From Escherichia coli (GTDB lineage Bacteria > Pseudomonadota > Gammaproteobacteria > Enterobacterales > Enterobacteriaceae), in the NCBI RefSeq assembly GCF_009931435.1, contig NZ_CP043414.1: a DNA stretch of 64,000 nucleotides; one strand, given 5' to 3'. The translations under genes were made by a program, and so were the position numbers. Of the stretch, positions 20,111 through 31,187 are shown in pieces; the first letter of the stretch is position 1, and the number at the start of each line of letters is the position of its first letter. The notes beneath the pieces were generated by a model. The model was not told the origin of the DNA, did no database searches, and saw only the letters and a list, made by a program, of their open reading frames with translations.

Positions 20111-20238
20111 TGGAGTACTCCGAAACTCGGACGTATTGCGGATAATATCGACGCTGCATCAGTCATATTCTGATATAAGTCAGGGTTTGTGACGGCACAA
20201 CGAAAAGATTTTGCTACGCTTATTCGTGATTCTGCAAA

Positions 20239-20254
20239 GTGGAATAAATTCCAC
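20239..20254. promoter_or_regulatory. candidate operator: perfect palindrome GTGGAAT-AA-ATTCCAC
   Basis: 7-bp perfect inverted arms in the divergent region; an extra ATTCCAC half-site at 20323-20329; second palindrome TTGTG-N4-CACAA at 20187-20200. Confidence 0.4.
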
Positions 20255-20481
20255 AGGGGCGGGGATGAAAACGTGACGTAAGTCAGATAATTGTCTTCTT
20301 TGACTGGACAATCATTCCTTTTATTCCACGTTTCGCTTATCCTAGCTGAAGCGTTTCAGTCGATTAAATGTTCGACAATTAACCAATCAGTCGCAGTTTG
20401 CGACAGGTAAGGTTTCCCCGGACGATTTGCTGGATTACTCTGTCTGGCAAATTTGCTCAGGGAAAACCTTGCAGGAGATCT

Positions 20482-21501
20482 ATGACCGTACGCGTAGCGA
20501 TAAATGGCTTCGGTCGCATCGGGCGTAATGTGGTTCGTGCTTTGTATGAATCCGGACGCCGGGCGGAAATTACCGTGGTGGCAATCAACGAACTGGCGGA
20601 TGCTGCGGGCATGGCGCATTTGTTGAAATATGACACCAGTCATGGCCGTTTTGCATGGGAAGTACGACAGGAACGCGATCAACTTTTTGTTGGTGATGAC
20701 GCCATCCGCGTATTGCATGAACGTTCACTGCAATCGCTCCCATGGCGTGAACTGGGCGTCGATGTGGTTCTCGACTGCACCGGCGTATATGGCTCCCGCG
20801 AGCATGGCGAAGCACATATTGCCGCCGGGGCCAAAAAAGTGCTCTTTTCACATCCTGGCAGTAACGATCTCGATGCGACCGTTGTTTACGGCGTCAATCA
20901 GGATCAACTTCGTGCGGAACACCGCATCGTTTCTAACGCTTCCTGTACCACGAATTGCATAATTCCCGTCATCAAATTGTTAGATGATGCGTACGGTATT
21001 GAGTCCGGCACTGTGACCACAATTCACTCCGCCATGCACGATCAACAGGTTATTGATGCATACCATCCTGACCTGCGTCGCACCCGGGCAGCCAGCCAGT
21101 CGATCATTCCGGTCGATACTAAACTGGCCGCCGGTATCACACGATTTTTTCCGCAATTTAACGATCGCTTTGAAGCGATTGCGGTACGTGTGCCAACCAT
21201 AAATGTGACGGCAATCGATTTAAGCGTGACGGTGAAGAAACCTGTAAAAGCCAATGAAGTCAACCTGTTGCTGCAAAAAGCAGCACAAGGTGCATTTCAT
21301 GGTATAGTTGACTATACGGAATTGCCGTTGGTCTCTGTAGATTTTAACCACGATCCGCACAGTGCCATTGTCGATGGCACCCAAACCCGGGTCAGTGGCG
21401 CACACCTGATCAAAACGTTGGTCTGGTGCGATAACGAATGGGGCTTTGCTAACCGAATGCTCGACACGACGTTAGCTATGGCTACTGTTGCTTTCAGGTA
21501 A
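20482..21501 (+). CDS. epd: D-erythrose-4-phosphate dehydrogenase
   Basis: 339 aa starting [15 protein letters not shown]; AGGAG upstream; ORF-track start at TTG 20398 is over-extended. Confidence 0.95.
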
Positions 21502-21550
21502 GACGCAAGCAGCGTCTGCAAAACTTTTAGAATCAACGAGAGGATTCACC

Positions 21551-22714
21551 ATGTCTGTAATTAAGATGACCGATCTGGATCTTGCTGGGAAACGTGTATT
21601 TATCCGTGCGGATCTGAACGTACCAGTAAAAGACGGGAAAGTAACCAGCGACGCGCGTATCCGTGCTTCTCTGCCGACCATCGAACTGGCCCTGAAACAA
21701 GGCGCGAAAGTGATGGTAACTTCCCACCTGGGTCGTCCTACCGAAGGCGAGTACAACGAAGAATTCTCTCTGCTGCCGGTTGTTAACTACCTGAAAGACA
21801 AACTGTCTAACCCGGTTCGTCTGGTTAAAGATTACCTCGACGGCGTTGACGTTGCTGAAGGTGAACTGGTTGTTCTGGAAAACGTTCGCTTCAACAAAGG
21901 CGAGAAGAAAGACGACGAAACTCTGTCCAAAAAATATGCTGCACTGTGTGACGTGTTCGTAATGGACGCATTCGGTACTGCTCACCGCGCGCAGGCTTCT
22001 ACTCACGGTATCGGTAAATTCGCTGATGTTGCGTGCGCAGGCCCGCTGCTGGCAGCTGAACTGGACGCGCTGGGTAAAGCACTGAAAGAACCTGCTCGCC
22101 CGATGGTGGCTATCGTTGGTGGTTCTAAAGTATCTACCAAACTGACCGTTCTGGATTCCCTGTCCAAAATCGCTGACCAGCTGATCGTGGGTGGTGGTAT
22201 CGCTAACACCTTTATCGCGGCACAAGGCCACGATGTGGGTAAATCCCTGTACGAAGCTGACCTGGTTGACGAAGCAAAACGTCTGCTGACCACCTGCAAC
22301 ATTCCGGTTCCGTCTGACGTTCGCGTAGCAACTGAGTTCTCTGAAACTGCACCGGCTACCCTGAAATCTGTTAACGATGTGAAAGCTGACGAGCAGATCC
22401 TGGATATCGGCGATGCTTCTGCGCAGGAACTGGCTGAAATCCTGAAGAATGCGAAAACCATTCTGTGGAACGGCCCGGTTGGCGTGTTCGAATTCCCGAA
22501 CTTCCGCAAAGGTACTGAAATCGTGGCTAACGCTATCGCAGACAGCGAAGCGTTCTCCATCGCTGGTGGCGGTGACACTCTGGCAGCAATCGACCTGTTC
22601 GGCATTGCTGACAAAATCTCCTACATCTCCACTGGCGGCGGCGCATTCCTCGAATTCGTGGAAGGTAAAGTACTGCCTGCAGTAGCGATGCTCGAAGAGC
22701 GCGCTAAGAAGTAA
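21551..22714 (+). CDS. pgk: phosphoglycerate kinase
   Basis: 387 aa starting [25 protein letters not shown]. Confidence 0.97.
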
Positions 22715-22723
22715 AAAATCACA

Positions 22724-22747
22724 GGGCAGGGAAACCTGCCCTTGTTG
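22724..22747 (+). terminator. hairpin after pgk (partial terminator/attenuator before fbaA)
   Basis: gggcagg-gaaa-cctgccc followed by ttgttg. Confidence 0.5.
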
Positions 22748-22776
22748 CAGCGCGCTTTTAGAGCACGCATTTTTTC

Positions 22777-22902
22777 ATACTCTAAATAATTCGAGTTGCA
22801 GGAAGGCGACAAGAGAGTGAATCCTCAGGAGCTTACATAAGTAAGTGACTGGGGGGAGCGAACGCAGACGCAGCACATGCAACTTGAAGTATGACGAGTA
22901 TA
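22777..22902. repeat. ERIC (enterobacterial repetitive intergenic consensus) element in the fbaA leader
   Basis: Contains GTGAATCC-CAGGAGCTTACA and AAGTAAGTGACTGGGG-GAGCG cores (the ERIC1R/ERIC2 primer sites); about 126 bp imperfect palindrome; about 97 percent identical to the reverse complement of 34763-34889. Confidence 0.9.
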
Positions 22903-22928
22903 AGGCCCGACGATACAGGACAAGAGAC

Positions 22929-24008
22929 ATGTCTAAGATTTTTGATTTCGTAAAACCTGGCGTAATCACTGGTGATGACGTACAGAAAGTTTTCCAGGTA
23001 GCAAAAGAAAACAACTTCGCACTGCCAGCAGTAAACTGCGTCGGTACTGACTCCATCAACGCCGTACTGGAAACCGCGGCTAAAGTTAAAGCGCCGGTTA
23101 TCGTTCAGTTCTCCAACGGTGGTGCTTCCTTTATCGCTGGTAAAGGCGTGAAATCTGACGTTCCGCAGGGTGCTGCTATCCTGGGTGCGATCTCTGGTGC
23201 GCATCACGTTCACCAGATGGCTGAACACTATGGTGTTCCGGTTATCCTGCACACCGACCACTGCGCGAAAAAACTGCTGCCGTGGATCGACGGTCTGCTG
23301 GACGCGGGTGAAAAACACTTCGCAGCTACCGGTAAGCCGCTGTTCTCTTCTCACATGATCGACCTGTCTGAAGAATCTCTGCAAGAGAACATCGAAATCT
23401 GCTCTAAATACCTGGAGCGTATGTCCAAAATCGGCATGACTCTGGAAATCGAACTGGGTTGCACCGGTGGTGAAGAAGACGGCGTGGACAACAGCCACAT
23501 GGACGCTTCTGCACTGTACACCCAGCCGGAAGACGTTGATTACGCATACACTGAGCTGAGCAAAATCAGCCCGCGCTTCACCATCGCAGCGTCCTTCGGT
23601 AACGTACACGGCGTATACAAGCCGGGTAACGTTGTTCTGACTCCGACCATCCTGCGTGACTCTCAGGAATATGTTTCCAAGAAACACAACCTGCCGCACA
23701 ACAGCCTGAACTTCGTATTCCACGGCGGTTCCGGTTCTACTGCTCAGGAAATCAAAGACTCCGTAAGCTACGGCGTAGTGAAAATGAACATCGATACCGA
23801 TACCCAATGGGCAACCTGGGAAGGTGTTCTGAACTATTACAAAGCGAACGAAGCTTATCTGCAGGGTCAGCTGGGTAACCCGAAAGGCGAAGATCAGCCG
23901 AACAAGAAATACTACGATCCGCGCGTATGGCTGCGTGCCGGTCAGACTTCGATGATCGCTCGTCTGGAAAAAGCATTCCAGGAACTGAACGCGATCGACG
24001 TTCTGTAA
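22929..24008 (+). CDS. fbaA: fructose-bisphosphate aldolase class II
   Basis: 359 aa starting MSKIFDFVKPGVITGDD. Confidence 0.97.
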   Translation: MSKIFDFVKPGVITGDDVQKVFQVAKENNFALPAVNCVGTDSINAVLETAAKVKAPVIVQFSNGGASFIAGKGVKSDVPQGAAILGAISGAHHVHQMAEHYGVPVILHTDHCAKKLLPWIDGLLDAGEKHFAATGKPLFSSHMIDLSEESLQENIEICSKYLERMSKIGMTLEIELGCTGGEEDGVDNSHMDASALYTQPEDVDYAYTELSKISPRFTIAASFGNVHGVYKPGNVVLTPTILRDSQEYVSKKHNLPHNSLNFVFHGGSGSTAQEIKDSVSYGVVKMNIDTDTQWATWEGVLNYYKANEAYLQGQLGNPKGEDQPNKKYYDPRVWLRAGQTSMIARLEKAFQELNAIDVL

Positions 24009-24034
24009 GATATTCCTTTCTGCTTACCTCAAGG

Positions 24035-24223
24035 CCCGCTCTGCGGGTCTTTTTTTCGCCAAAAGCAAAATTGCCTGATGCGCTACGCTTATCAGGCCTA
24101 CATGTATCCTGCAATATACTGAATTTACAGGCTTTTGTAGGCTGGATAAGGCGTTCACGCCGCATCCGGCATGACAAAGTGCACATTGATATCTGTCTGA
24201 GCCCCGCTCTGCGGATCTTTTTT
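24035..24223. repeat. BIME (two inverted REPs) between two copies of the fbaA terminator hairpin
   Basis: cccgctctgcgg hairpin plus T-run at 24035-24056 and again at 24203-24223; REP palindromes at about 24073-24103 and 24137-24173. Confidence 0.8.
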
Positions 24224-24365
24224 CACCATAAGCAAGGTGATGCAGATGAGAAATCTGTGATCTATTTGGCAAAATTATGCTTTATTGTTTACCCTTGTCA
24301 GACTGCCCGTCATAAGGCGGCGGAGTGTATTTCTCCATTTTGAGTCAGTTGAAAAGGAATATTGA

Positions 24366-25226
<861 letters not shown>

Positions 25227-25234
25227 TCAACGCT

Positions 25235-25276
25235 GAGGCCAGATAATACTCTCTGGCCTCTCTCTTATTAGTTTTT
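25235..25276 (+). terminator. rho-independent terminator after mscS
   Basis: gaggccagataatactctctggcctc followed by a T-rich tail. Confidence 0.5.
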
Positions 25277-25364
25277 CTGATTGCCAATTAATATTATCAA
25301 TTTCCGCTAATAACAATCCCGCGATATAGTCTCTGCATCAGATACTTAATTCGGAATATCCAAC

Positions 25365-26000
25365 GTGTTTTCTTATTATTTTCAAGGTCTTGCACTTGGG
25401 GCGGCTATGATCCTACCGCTCGGTCCACAAAATGCTTTTGTGATGAATCAGGGCATACGTCGTCAGTACCACATTATGATTGCCTTACTTTGTGCTATCA
25501 GCGATTTGGTCCTGATTTGCGCCGGGATTTTTGGTGGCAGTGCGTTATTGATGCAGTCGCCGTGGTTGCTTGCGCTGGTCACCTGGGGCGGCGTAGCCTT
25601 CTTGCTGTGGTATGGTTTTGGCGCTTTTAAAACAGCAATGAGCAGTAATATTGAGTTAGCCAGTGCCGAAGTCCTGAAGCAAGGCAGATGGAAAATTATC
25701 GCCACCATGTTGGCAGTGACCTGGCTGAATCCGCATGTTTACCTGGATACTTTTGTTGTACTGGGCAGCCTTGGTGGGCAGCTTGACGTCGAACCAAAAC
25801 GTTGGTTTGCGCTCGGGACAATTAGCGCCTCTTTCCTGTGGTTCTTTGGTCTGGCTCTTCTCGCAGCCTGGCTGGCACCGCGCCTGCGCACGGCAAAATC
25901 ACAGCGCATTATCAATCTGGTAGTGGGATGTGTTATGTGGTTTATTGCCTTGCAGCTGGCGAGAGACGGTATTGCGCATGCACAAGCCTTGTTCAGTTAG
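25365..26000 (+). CDS. argO: arginine exporter
   Basis: 211 aa LysE-family membrane protein; GTG start. Confidence 0.93.
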   Translation: MFSYYFQGLALGAAMILPLGPQNAFVMNQGIRRQYHIMIALLCAISDLVLICAGIFGGSALLMQSPWLLALVTWGGVAFLLWYGFGAFKTAMSSNIELASAEVLKQGRWKIIATMLAVTWLNPHVYLDTFVVLGSLGGQLDVEPKRWFALGTISASFLWFFGLALLAAWLAPRLRTAKSQRIINLVVGCVMWFIALQLARDGIAHAQALFS

Positions 26001-26092
26001 GCGCTATCTGATGGAAAAATAAAACAGAGGCGCTAAGCTTGCCTCCAGAGGTCCTGAATTTTGGGCAAGTCAATTAACACGGAGAGACTAAC

Positions 26093-26833
26093 GTGAAGTT
26101 CAAAGTTATCGCCCTGGCGGCATTAATGGGTATTAGCGGGATGGCAGCGCAGGCTAACGAATTGCCGGATGGACCGCATATTGTCACCTCCGGTACGGCA
26201 AGCGTGGATGCGGTGCCAGACATTGCCACTCTTGCGATTGAAGTCAACGTGGCCGCGAAGGATGCCGCTACTGCCAAGAAACAGGCGGATGAGCGCGTCG
26301 CACAATACATTTCCTTCCTTGAACTCAATCAGATCGCGAAAAAAGATATCAGCTCAGCGAACTTACGCACCCAGCCAGATTATGATTATCAGGATGGTAA
26401 AAGTATCCTGAAAGGCTACCGTGCTGTGAGAACGGTGGAAGTCACGCTCCGTCAGTTAGACAAACTGAATTCCTTGCTGGATGGTGCGCTGAAGGCGGGT
26501 CTTAACGAAATTCGTTCTGTATCGCTGGGCGTGGCGCAGCCGGATGCCTATAAAGACAAAGCGCGTAAGGCAGCGATTGATAACGCGATTCATCAGGCGC
26601 AGGAACTGGCGAACGGCTTTCATCGTAAACTAGGGCCGGTATATAGCGTGCGCTACCATGTTTCCAACTATCAGCCCAGCCCAATGGTGCGGATGATGAA
26701 AGCCGATGCCGCGCCGGTCTCAGCCCAGGAAACTTACGAGCAGGCTGCTATTCAGTTTGATGATCAGGTCGATGTGGTCTTCCAGTTAGAACCTGTGGAT
26801 CAACAACCCGCTAAAACACCTGCCGCACAATAA
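26093..26833 (+). CDS. yggE: DUF541/SIMPL-family periplasmic protein
   Basis: 246 aa with signal peptide; GTG start. Confidence 0.9.
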   Translation: MKFKVIALAALMGISGMAAQANELPDGPHIVTSGTASVDAVPDIATLAIEVNVAAKDAATAKKQADERVAQYISFLELNQIAKKDISSANLRTQPDYDYQDGKSILKGYRAVRTVEVTLRQLDKLNSLLDGALKAGLNEIRSVSLGVAQPDAYKDKARKAAIDNAIHQAQELANGFHRKLGPVYSVRYHVSNYQPSPMVRMMKADAAPVSAQETYEQAAIQFDDQVDVVFQLEPVDQQPAKTPAAQ

Positions 26834-27000
26834 TACTTGTAGCCCGACGTATTGGTCGGGCTAATGCCTTTACCCGATATTGCCTCCTTTTTCTGTAATT
26901 TTCTGTAAAACCATGACGTAATCACCTATCTTTGCTCGCGGTTTCATCAAGGATAGGCTAACTGAAACGGTTAAGCGGACAAGGATGCGGGGGAGCTGGG

Positions 27001-27897
27001 ATGGACATTTTTATTTCGAAAAAGATGCGCAATTTCATTTTATTAGCGCAAACTAATAATATTGCCCGGGCGGCAGAAAAAATCCATATGACGGCTTCGC
27101 CATTTGGCAAAAGCATTGCCGCGCTGGAAGAACAAATTGGCTATACGCTATTTACCCGCAAAGATAATAATATCAGCCTCAATAAAGCCGGGCAGGAACT
27201 GTATCAAAAACTGTTCCCGGTTTATCAACGGCTTTCTGCGATTGATAATGAAATCCATAACTCAGGACGTCGTTCACGAGAAATTGTGATAGGCATAGAT
27301 AATACTTATCCGACCATTATTTTTGATCAGTTGATTAGTCTCGGAGATAAGTACGAAGGCGTGACCGCCCAGCCAGTTGAGTTCAGCGAAAACGGCGTTA
27401 TCGATAATCTTTTTGACCGTCAGTTAGATTTTATAATCTCCCCACAGCATGTATCTGCACGAGTTCAGGAACTGGAAAATCTGACTATCAGTGAACTACC
27501 ACCGCTGCGATTGGGCTTTCTCGTTTCTCGCCGTTATGAAGAGCGACAAGAGCAAGAGTTGCTTCAGGAGCTACCCTGGCTACAAATGCGCTTTCAGAAC
27601 CGGGCCAACTTCGAAGCAATGATTGATGCGAATATGCGTCCTTGTGGGATCAATCCCACCATTATTTATCGACCTTACAGTTTTATGGCCAAAATCAGCG
27701 CCGTGGAGCGCGGACATTTTCTGACGGTGATCCCGCATTTTGCCTGGCGACTGGTGAATCCGGCAACGCTGAAATATTTTGATGCGCCGCACAGGCCGAT
27801 GTATATGCAGGAATATCTTTATTCAATCAGAAATCATCGTTATACCGCCACGATGCTTCAGCATATTGCTGAAGATCGTGACGGGACGAGTCATTAA
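27001..27897 (+). CDS. ygfI: LysR-family transcriptional regulator
   Basis: 298 aa; N-terminal LysR HTH. Confidence 0.85.
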   Translation: MDIFISKKMRNFILLAQTNNIARAAEKIHMTASPFGKSIAALEEQIGYTLFTRKDNNISLNKAGQELYQKLFPVYQRLSAIDNEIHNSGRRSREIVIGIDNTYPTIIFDQLISLGDKYEGVTAQPVEFSENGVIDNLFDRQLDFIISPQHVSARVQELENLTISELPPLRLGFLVSRRYEERQEQELLQELPWLQMRFQNRANFEAMIDANMRPCGINPTIIYRPYSFMAKISAVERGHFLTVIPHFAWRLVNPATLKYFDAPHRPMYMQEYLYSIRNHRYTATMLQHIAEDRDGTSH

Positions 27898-29372
27898 CCC
27901 AGCATCGAGCCGGTTGCAATTAAATTACGGTGTAAATCGAAGACGTGGCTAAGATCGTGGTGAATATGTCCGCCGGGCGCATTTTCCAGATAGCGATGCA
28001 GATAATCCCGATACATAGGATGTGCACAATTATCAATGATGGTGCGGGCGCGTTGAAGCGGGGAAAGACCACGCAGATCGGCGATCCCTTGTTCGGTGAT
28101 GATCACTTTGACGCTGTGTTCGCTGTGATCAACATGGCTGCACATTGGCACGACGGTTGAGATCTTGCCTTCTTTAGCAATCGACGGGGCCATAAAGATC
28201 GACAGATACGCGTTGCGTTCAAAATCACCGCTGCCACCGATGCCGTTCATCAGATCGACCCCGGCTACGTGCGTTGAGTTGGCATGCCCGTAAATATCAA
28301 ACTCCAGGCCGACGTTCAGAGCGATGACGCCCAGACGACGGATGATTTCCGGGTTATTGGAAATCTCCTGCGGACGCAACACAATGCGGCTGGCAAAGTA
28401 ATCCATATTGTCGTAAATCTTGCGCAGGGAATCGGCCGAGATAGTCAGGCTGGAGGCGCTGGCCCCGCTGATTTTGCCCGTTTCCAGTAAATGCACCACC
28501 GATTCCTGTAGCACTTCCGAATACATCATGAACGGAGGAATTTCCGGGTTTTCCCCTAGTCGCGCCATGACTGCATTATTGATATTGCCCACGCCACTTT
28601 GCAGCGGCAGAAATTCCGGCGGAATACGCCCATGCGCCATTTCCTGCAACAAGAACGTGACCACGTTATCGGCAATCTGCTGGCACATGGGATTTTGCTT
28701 ATCCAGCATATTACCGGCGTCGGGCAAGTTGGTTTCCACGACGGCGACAATCTTTTTCGGATCGATTTGCACATAGCGGGTACCGACGCGATCCATTGCA
28801 TGGAAGATCGACACGCTATTGCGCCGCGGTGGCGCGCCAGGAATCACAATATCCGCCAGTTCTGCAACGCGCGGATCGTGATAGTGATTGAGTTCAATGA
28901 TCACTTTCTTCGCCCGCAGCAGCCAGGTCGGCGCATTACCGATCCCGCTGGTTAACCAGACTCGACCATCCGGTGCCAGTGCCGATGCTTCAATGACGGC
29001 AACATCAATTTCGCCGAAGAAACCGTAATTGACCATTTGCGCCACTTCGCTCAAATGCAGGTCAACGAAACTCACCGCGCCCTGATTGATCTTTTTACGT
29101 AAACCGGACGATGTTTGATATGGCGCACGCCAGGAAACAGCATCGGCGTCAGAAAGTACATCGTCAGCGGCGGCGCTGATTGACGCCCCCGTCAGTAGGC
29201 GGATTTGATACGGCTTTTTGGCCTCATGCTGTTCGTTAGCTCTGCGGGCAATGGCGGTGGGAAGGGCTTTCGGCGAACCCGCCGGGGTAAAGCCGCTAAA
29301 TGCCACCATGTCGTTATGCTGGATAATTTCTGCCGCTTCATCGGCGGTCATCCTTGTCCACTGAGTTTCCAT
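27894..29372 (-). CDS. scpC: propionyl-CoA:succinate CoA transferase
   Basis: 492 aa; synteny with scpA-argK-scpB. Confidence 0.93.
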   Translation of the reverse strand: METQWTRMTADEAAEIIQHNDMVAFSGFTPAGSPKALPTAIARRANEQHEAKKPYQIRLLTGASISAAADDVLSDADAVSWRAPYQTSSGLRKKINQGAVSFVDLHLSEVAQMVNYGFFGEIDVAVIEASALAPDGRVWLTSGIGNAPTWLLRAKKVIIELNHYHDPRVAELADIVIPGAPPRRNSVSIFHAMDRVGTRYVQIDPKKIVAVVETNLPDAGNMLDKQNPMCQQIADNVVTFLLQEMAHGRIPPEFLPLQSGVGNINNAVMARLGENPEIPPFMMYSEVLQESVVHLLETGKISGASASSLTISADSLRKIYDNMDYFASRIVLRPQEISNNPEIIRRLGVIALNVGLEFDIYGHANSTHVAGVDLMNGIGGSGDFERNAYLSIFMAPSIAKEGKISTVVPMCSHVDHSEHSVKVIITEQGIADLRGLSPLQRARTIIDNCAHPMYRDYLHRYLENAPGGHIHHDLSHVFDLHRNLIATGSMLG

Positions 29373-29395
29373 TTTTACTCCTTCGTTCGCAGGGA

Positions 29396-30181
29396 TTAAT
29401 GACCAACGAAATTAGGTTTACGTTTTTCGAGGAAAGCGTTCATCCCTTCCTGGTAATCTTCGCTGTCATAAACCGCGCGGCGCATCCCCTGAATACGTTC
29501 AAATTCATCGGAGTTCATGGTGTGCGCTTCGCCCAGTACACGCAGTTCTTCTTTGATAACGGCAATGGCTAACGGCGCTTTCTCAGAGATGTGGTGCGCC
29601 ATTTGTAAGGTGAAATCTTCCAGTTCTTCCACTTCCACAACATGGTTGAGGATGCCGACAGCCAGCGCGCGCTGGGCTGTGATTGGCGAAGCGGTAAAAA
29701 TCAGCTCTTTGACAATGTGGAAGCCCGCGTCGCGGGTCAGGTTGTGAATGCCGACCAGGTTATACGGGACGCCGAGGTTTACAGGCGTCATTGAGAAGGT
29801 TGAGGTACTGGCGGCGATGATCAGATCGGAACTCATGATCATTTCAAATGCGCCCCCCCAAACACTACCTTCCACCATCGAAATGATCGGTTTCGGGAAT
29901 TTTTGGATCATGCGGGTGATTTGACGCAACGGATCATCATAGGAGAGCGGATCGCGACCGCCAGACGGCAGTTCGTGAATATCGTGACCTGCGGAGAAGA
30001 CTTTGGATCCACTCGGCGCGCGCAAAATGATACAGCGAATTTCCGGCCGGTTGAGATCGCTTAATGCCTGCATAAGATCATCAATAAAGACTTTACTTAA
30101 GGCATTAAGTTTTCGGCCATAGTTAAACTCAATGACCGCCACTTTGTTGATAGTGACAACGTTCACATACTGATAAGACAT
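29396..30181 (-). CDS. scpB: methylmalonyl-CoA decarboxylase (crotonase family)
   Basis: 261 aa from MSYQYVNVV; ORF-track start is over-extended. Confidence 0.93.
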   Translation of the reverse strand: MSYQYVNVVTINKVAVIEFNYGRKLNALSKVFIDDLMQALSDLNRPEIRCIILRAPSGSKVFSAGHDIHELPSGGRDPLSYDDPLRQITRMIQKFPKPIISMVEGSVWGGAFEMIMSSDLIIAASTSTFSMTPVNLGVPYNLVGIHNLTRDAGFHIVKELIFTASPITAQRALAVGILNHVVEVEELEDFTLQMAHHISEKAPLAIAVIKEELRVLGEAHTMNSDEFERIQGMRRAVYDSEDYQEGMNAFLEKRKPNFVGH

Positions 30182-30191
30182 AAAAATTCCT

Positions 30192-31187
30192 TTAATCAAA
30201 ATATTGCGTCTGGATAAATTCACTGAGCTGTCGCAGGCCGGTGCGCGGTGAGAGCGTATTGTTTTTGACCGCTAAAAGCGTCTGGCGGTAATAGCGATCG
30301 AAATCTTCATTCGCGAACAGGTGATTCAGTACTTCTTCTTCGGTTTGTTTACGCAGCCATTCCACCGATTGTTGTTGCCGCACTTGCTGTAAACGACCAC
30401 TGGCAGTTAGCGCGGTTTTGAAGTCGATGATGGCGTGCCAGATCTCATCGATTCCACGTTTTTCCAGTGCGCTACAAGTCAGAACTCGTGGCTGCCATTC
30501 GTCGTATTTACGTCGCAGAATATGCAGGGCACTCTCGTACATATGCCGGGCAATGGCGACATTGGTATGGTTATCGCCATCGTCTTTGTTGATAACGATC
30601 AGATCTGCCACTTCCATCAGCCCCTTTTTAATCCCCTGCAGATCATCGCCGCCACCGGCAATTTGCAACGAGATAAAACAGTCCACCATGCGGGCGACTT
30701 CCGTTTCCGACTGTCCGACGCCAACCGTTTCGACAATCACTACGTCATAACCCGCCGCTTCGCATAACAGCATTAATTCCCGCGCTCGCTGACTGGCACC
30801 GCCCAGATGGCCGGAGGATGGTACCGGGCGAATAAACGCCGCCTCGGCACGCGCCAGGTCATTCATGCGGGTTTTATCTCCGAGAATGCTACCGCCAGTG
30901 ACCGGGCTGCTGGGATCGACCGCAATAACTGCAACCTTTAATCCCTCACGAATCAACAACATGCCAAAGGCTTCAAGAAAGGTGCTTTTCCCCGCACCGG
31001 GTGTGCCAGTAACGCCCAGTCGCAGGGCGTTACCGCAGTACGGCATAATGGCATCAAGTAGTTGCGTACTTAGCGCCTGATGACGCGGGTGACGGCTTTC
31101 CACCAGCGTCATGGCCTGGGCGAGCGTGGCACGCTCACCCTGACGTAAGCGGCGAATACTTTCTGCCAGCGTGGCTTCATTAATCAT
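30192..31187 (-). CDS. argK: GTPase (MeaB/ArgK family) of the methylmalonyl-CoA mutase operon
   Basis: 331 aa; P-loop GTPGAGKST; start overlaps scpA stop. Confidence 0.93.
   Translation of the reverse strand: MINEATLAESIRRLRQGERATLAQAMTLVESRHPRHQALSTQLLDAIMPYCGNALRLGVTGTPGAGKSTFLEAFGMLLIREGLKVAVIAVDPSSPVTGGSILGDKTRMNDLARAEAAFIRPVPSSGHLGGASQRARELMLLCEAAGYDVVIVETVGVGQSETEVARMVDCFISLQIAGGGDDLQGIKKGLMEVADLIVINKDDGDNHTNVAIARHMYESALHILRRKYDEWQPRVLTCSALEKRGIDEIWHAIIDFKTALTASGRLQQVRQQQSVEWLRKQTEEEVLNHLFANEDFDRYYRQTLLAVKNNTLSPRTGLRQLSEFIQTQYFD

Noticed and set aside
22833-23807. 324-codon ORF antisense to fbaA
   Set aside because: Antisense artefact within a core glycolytic gene.
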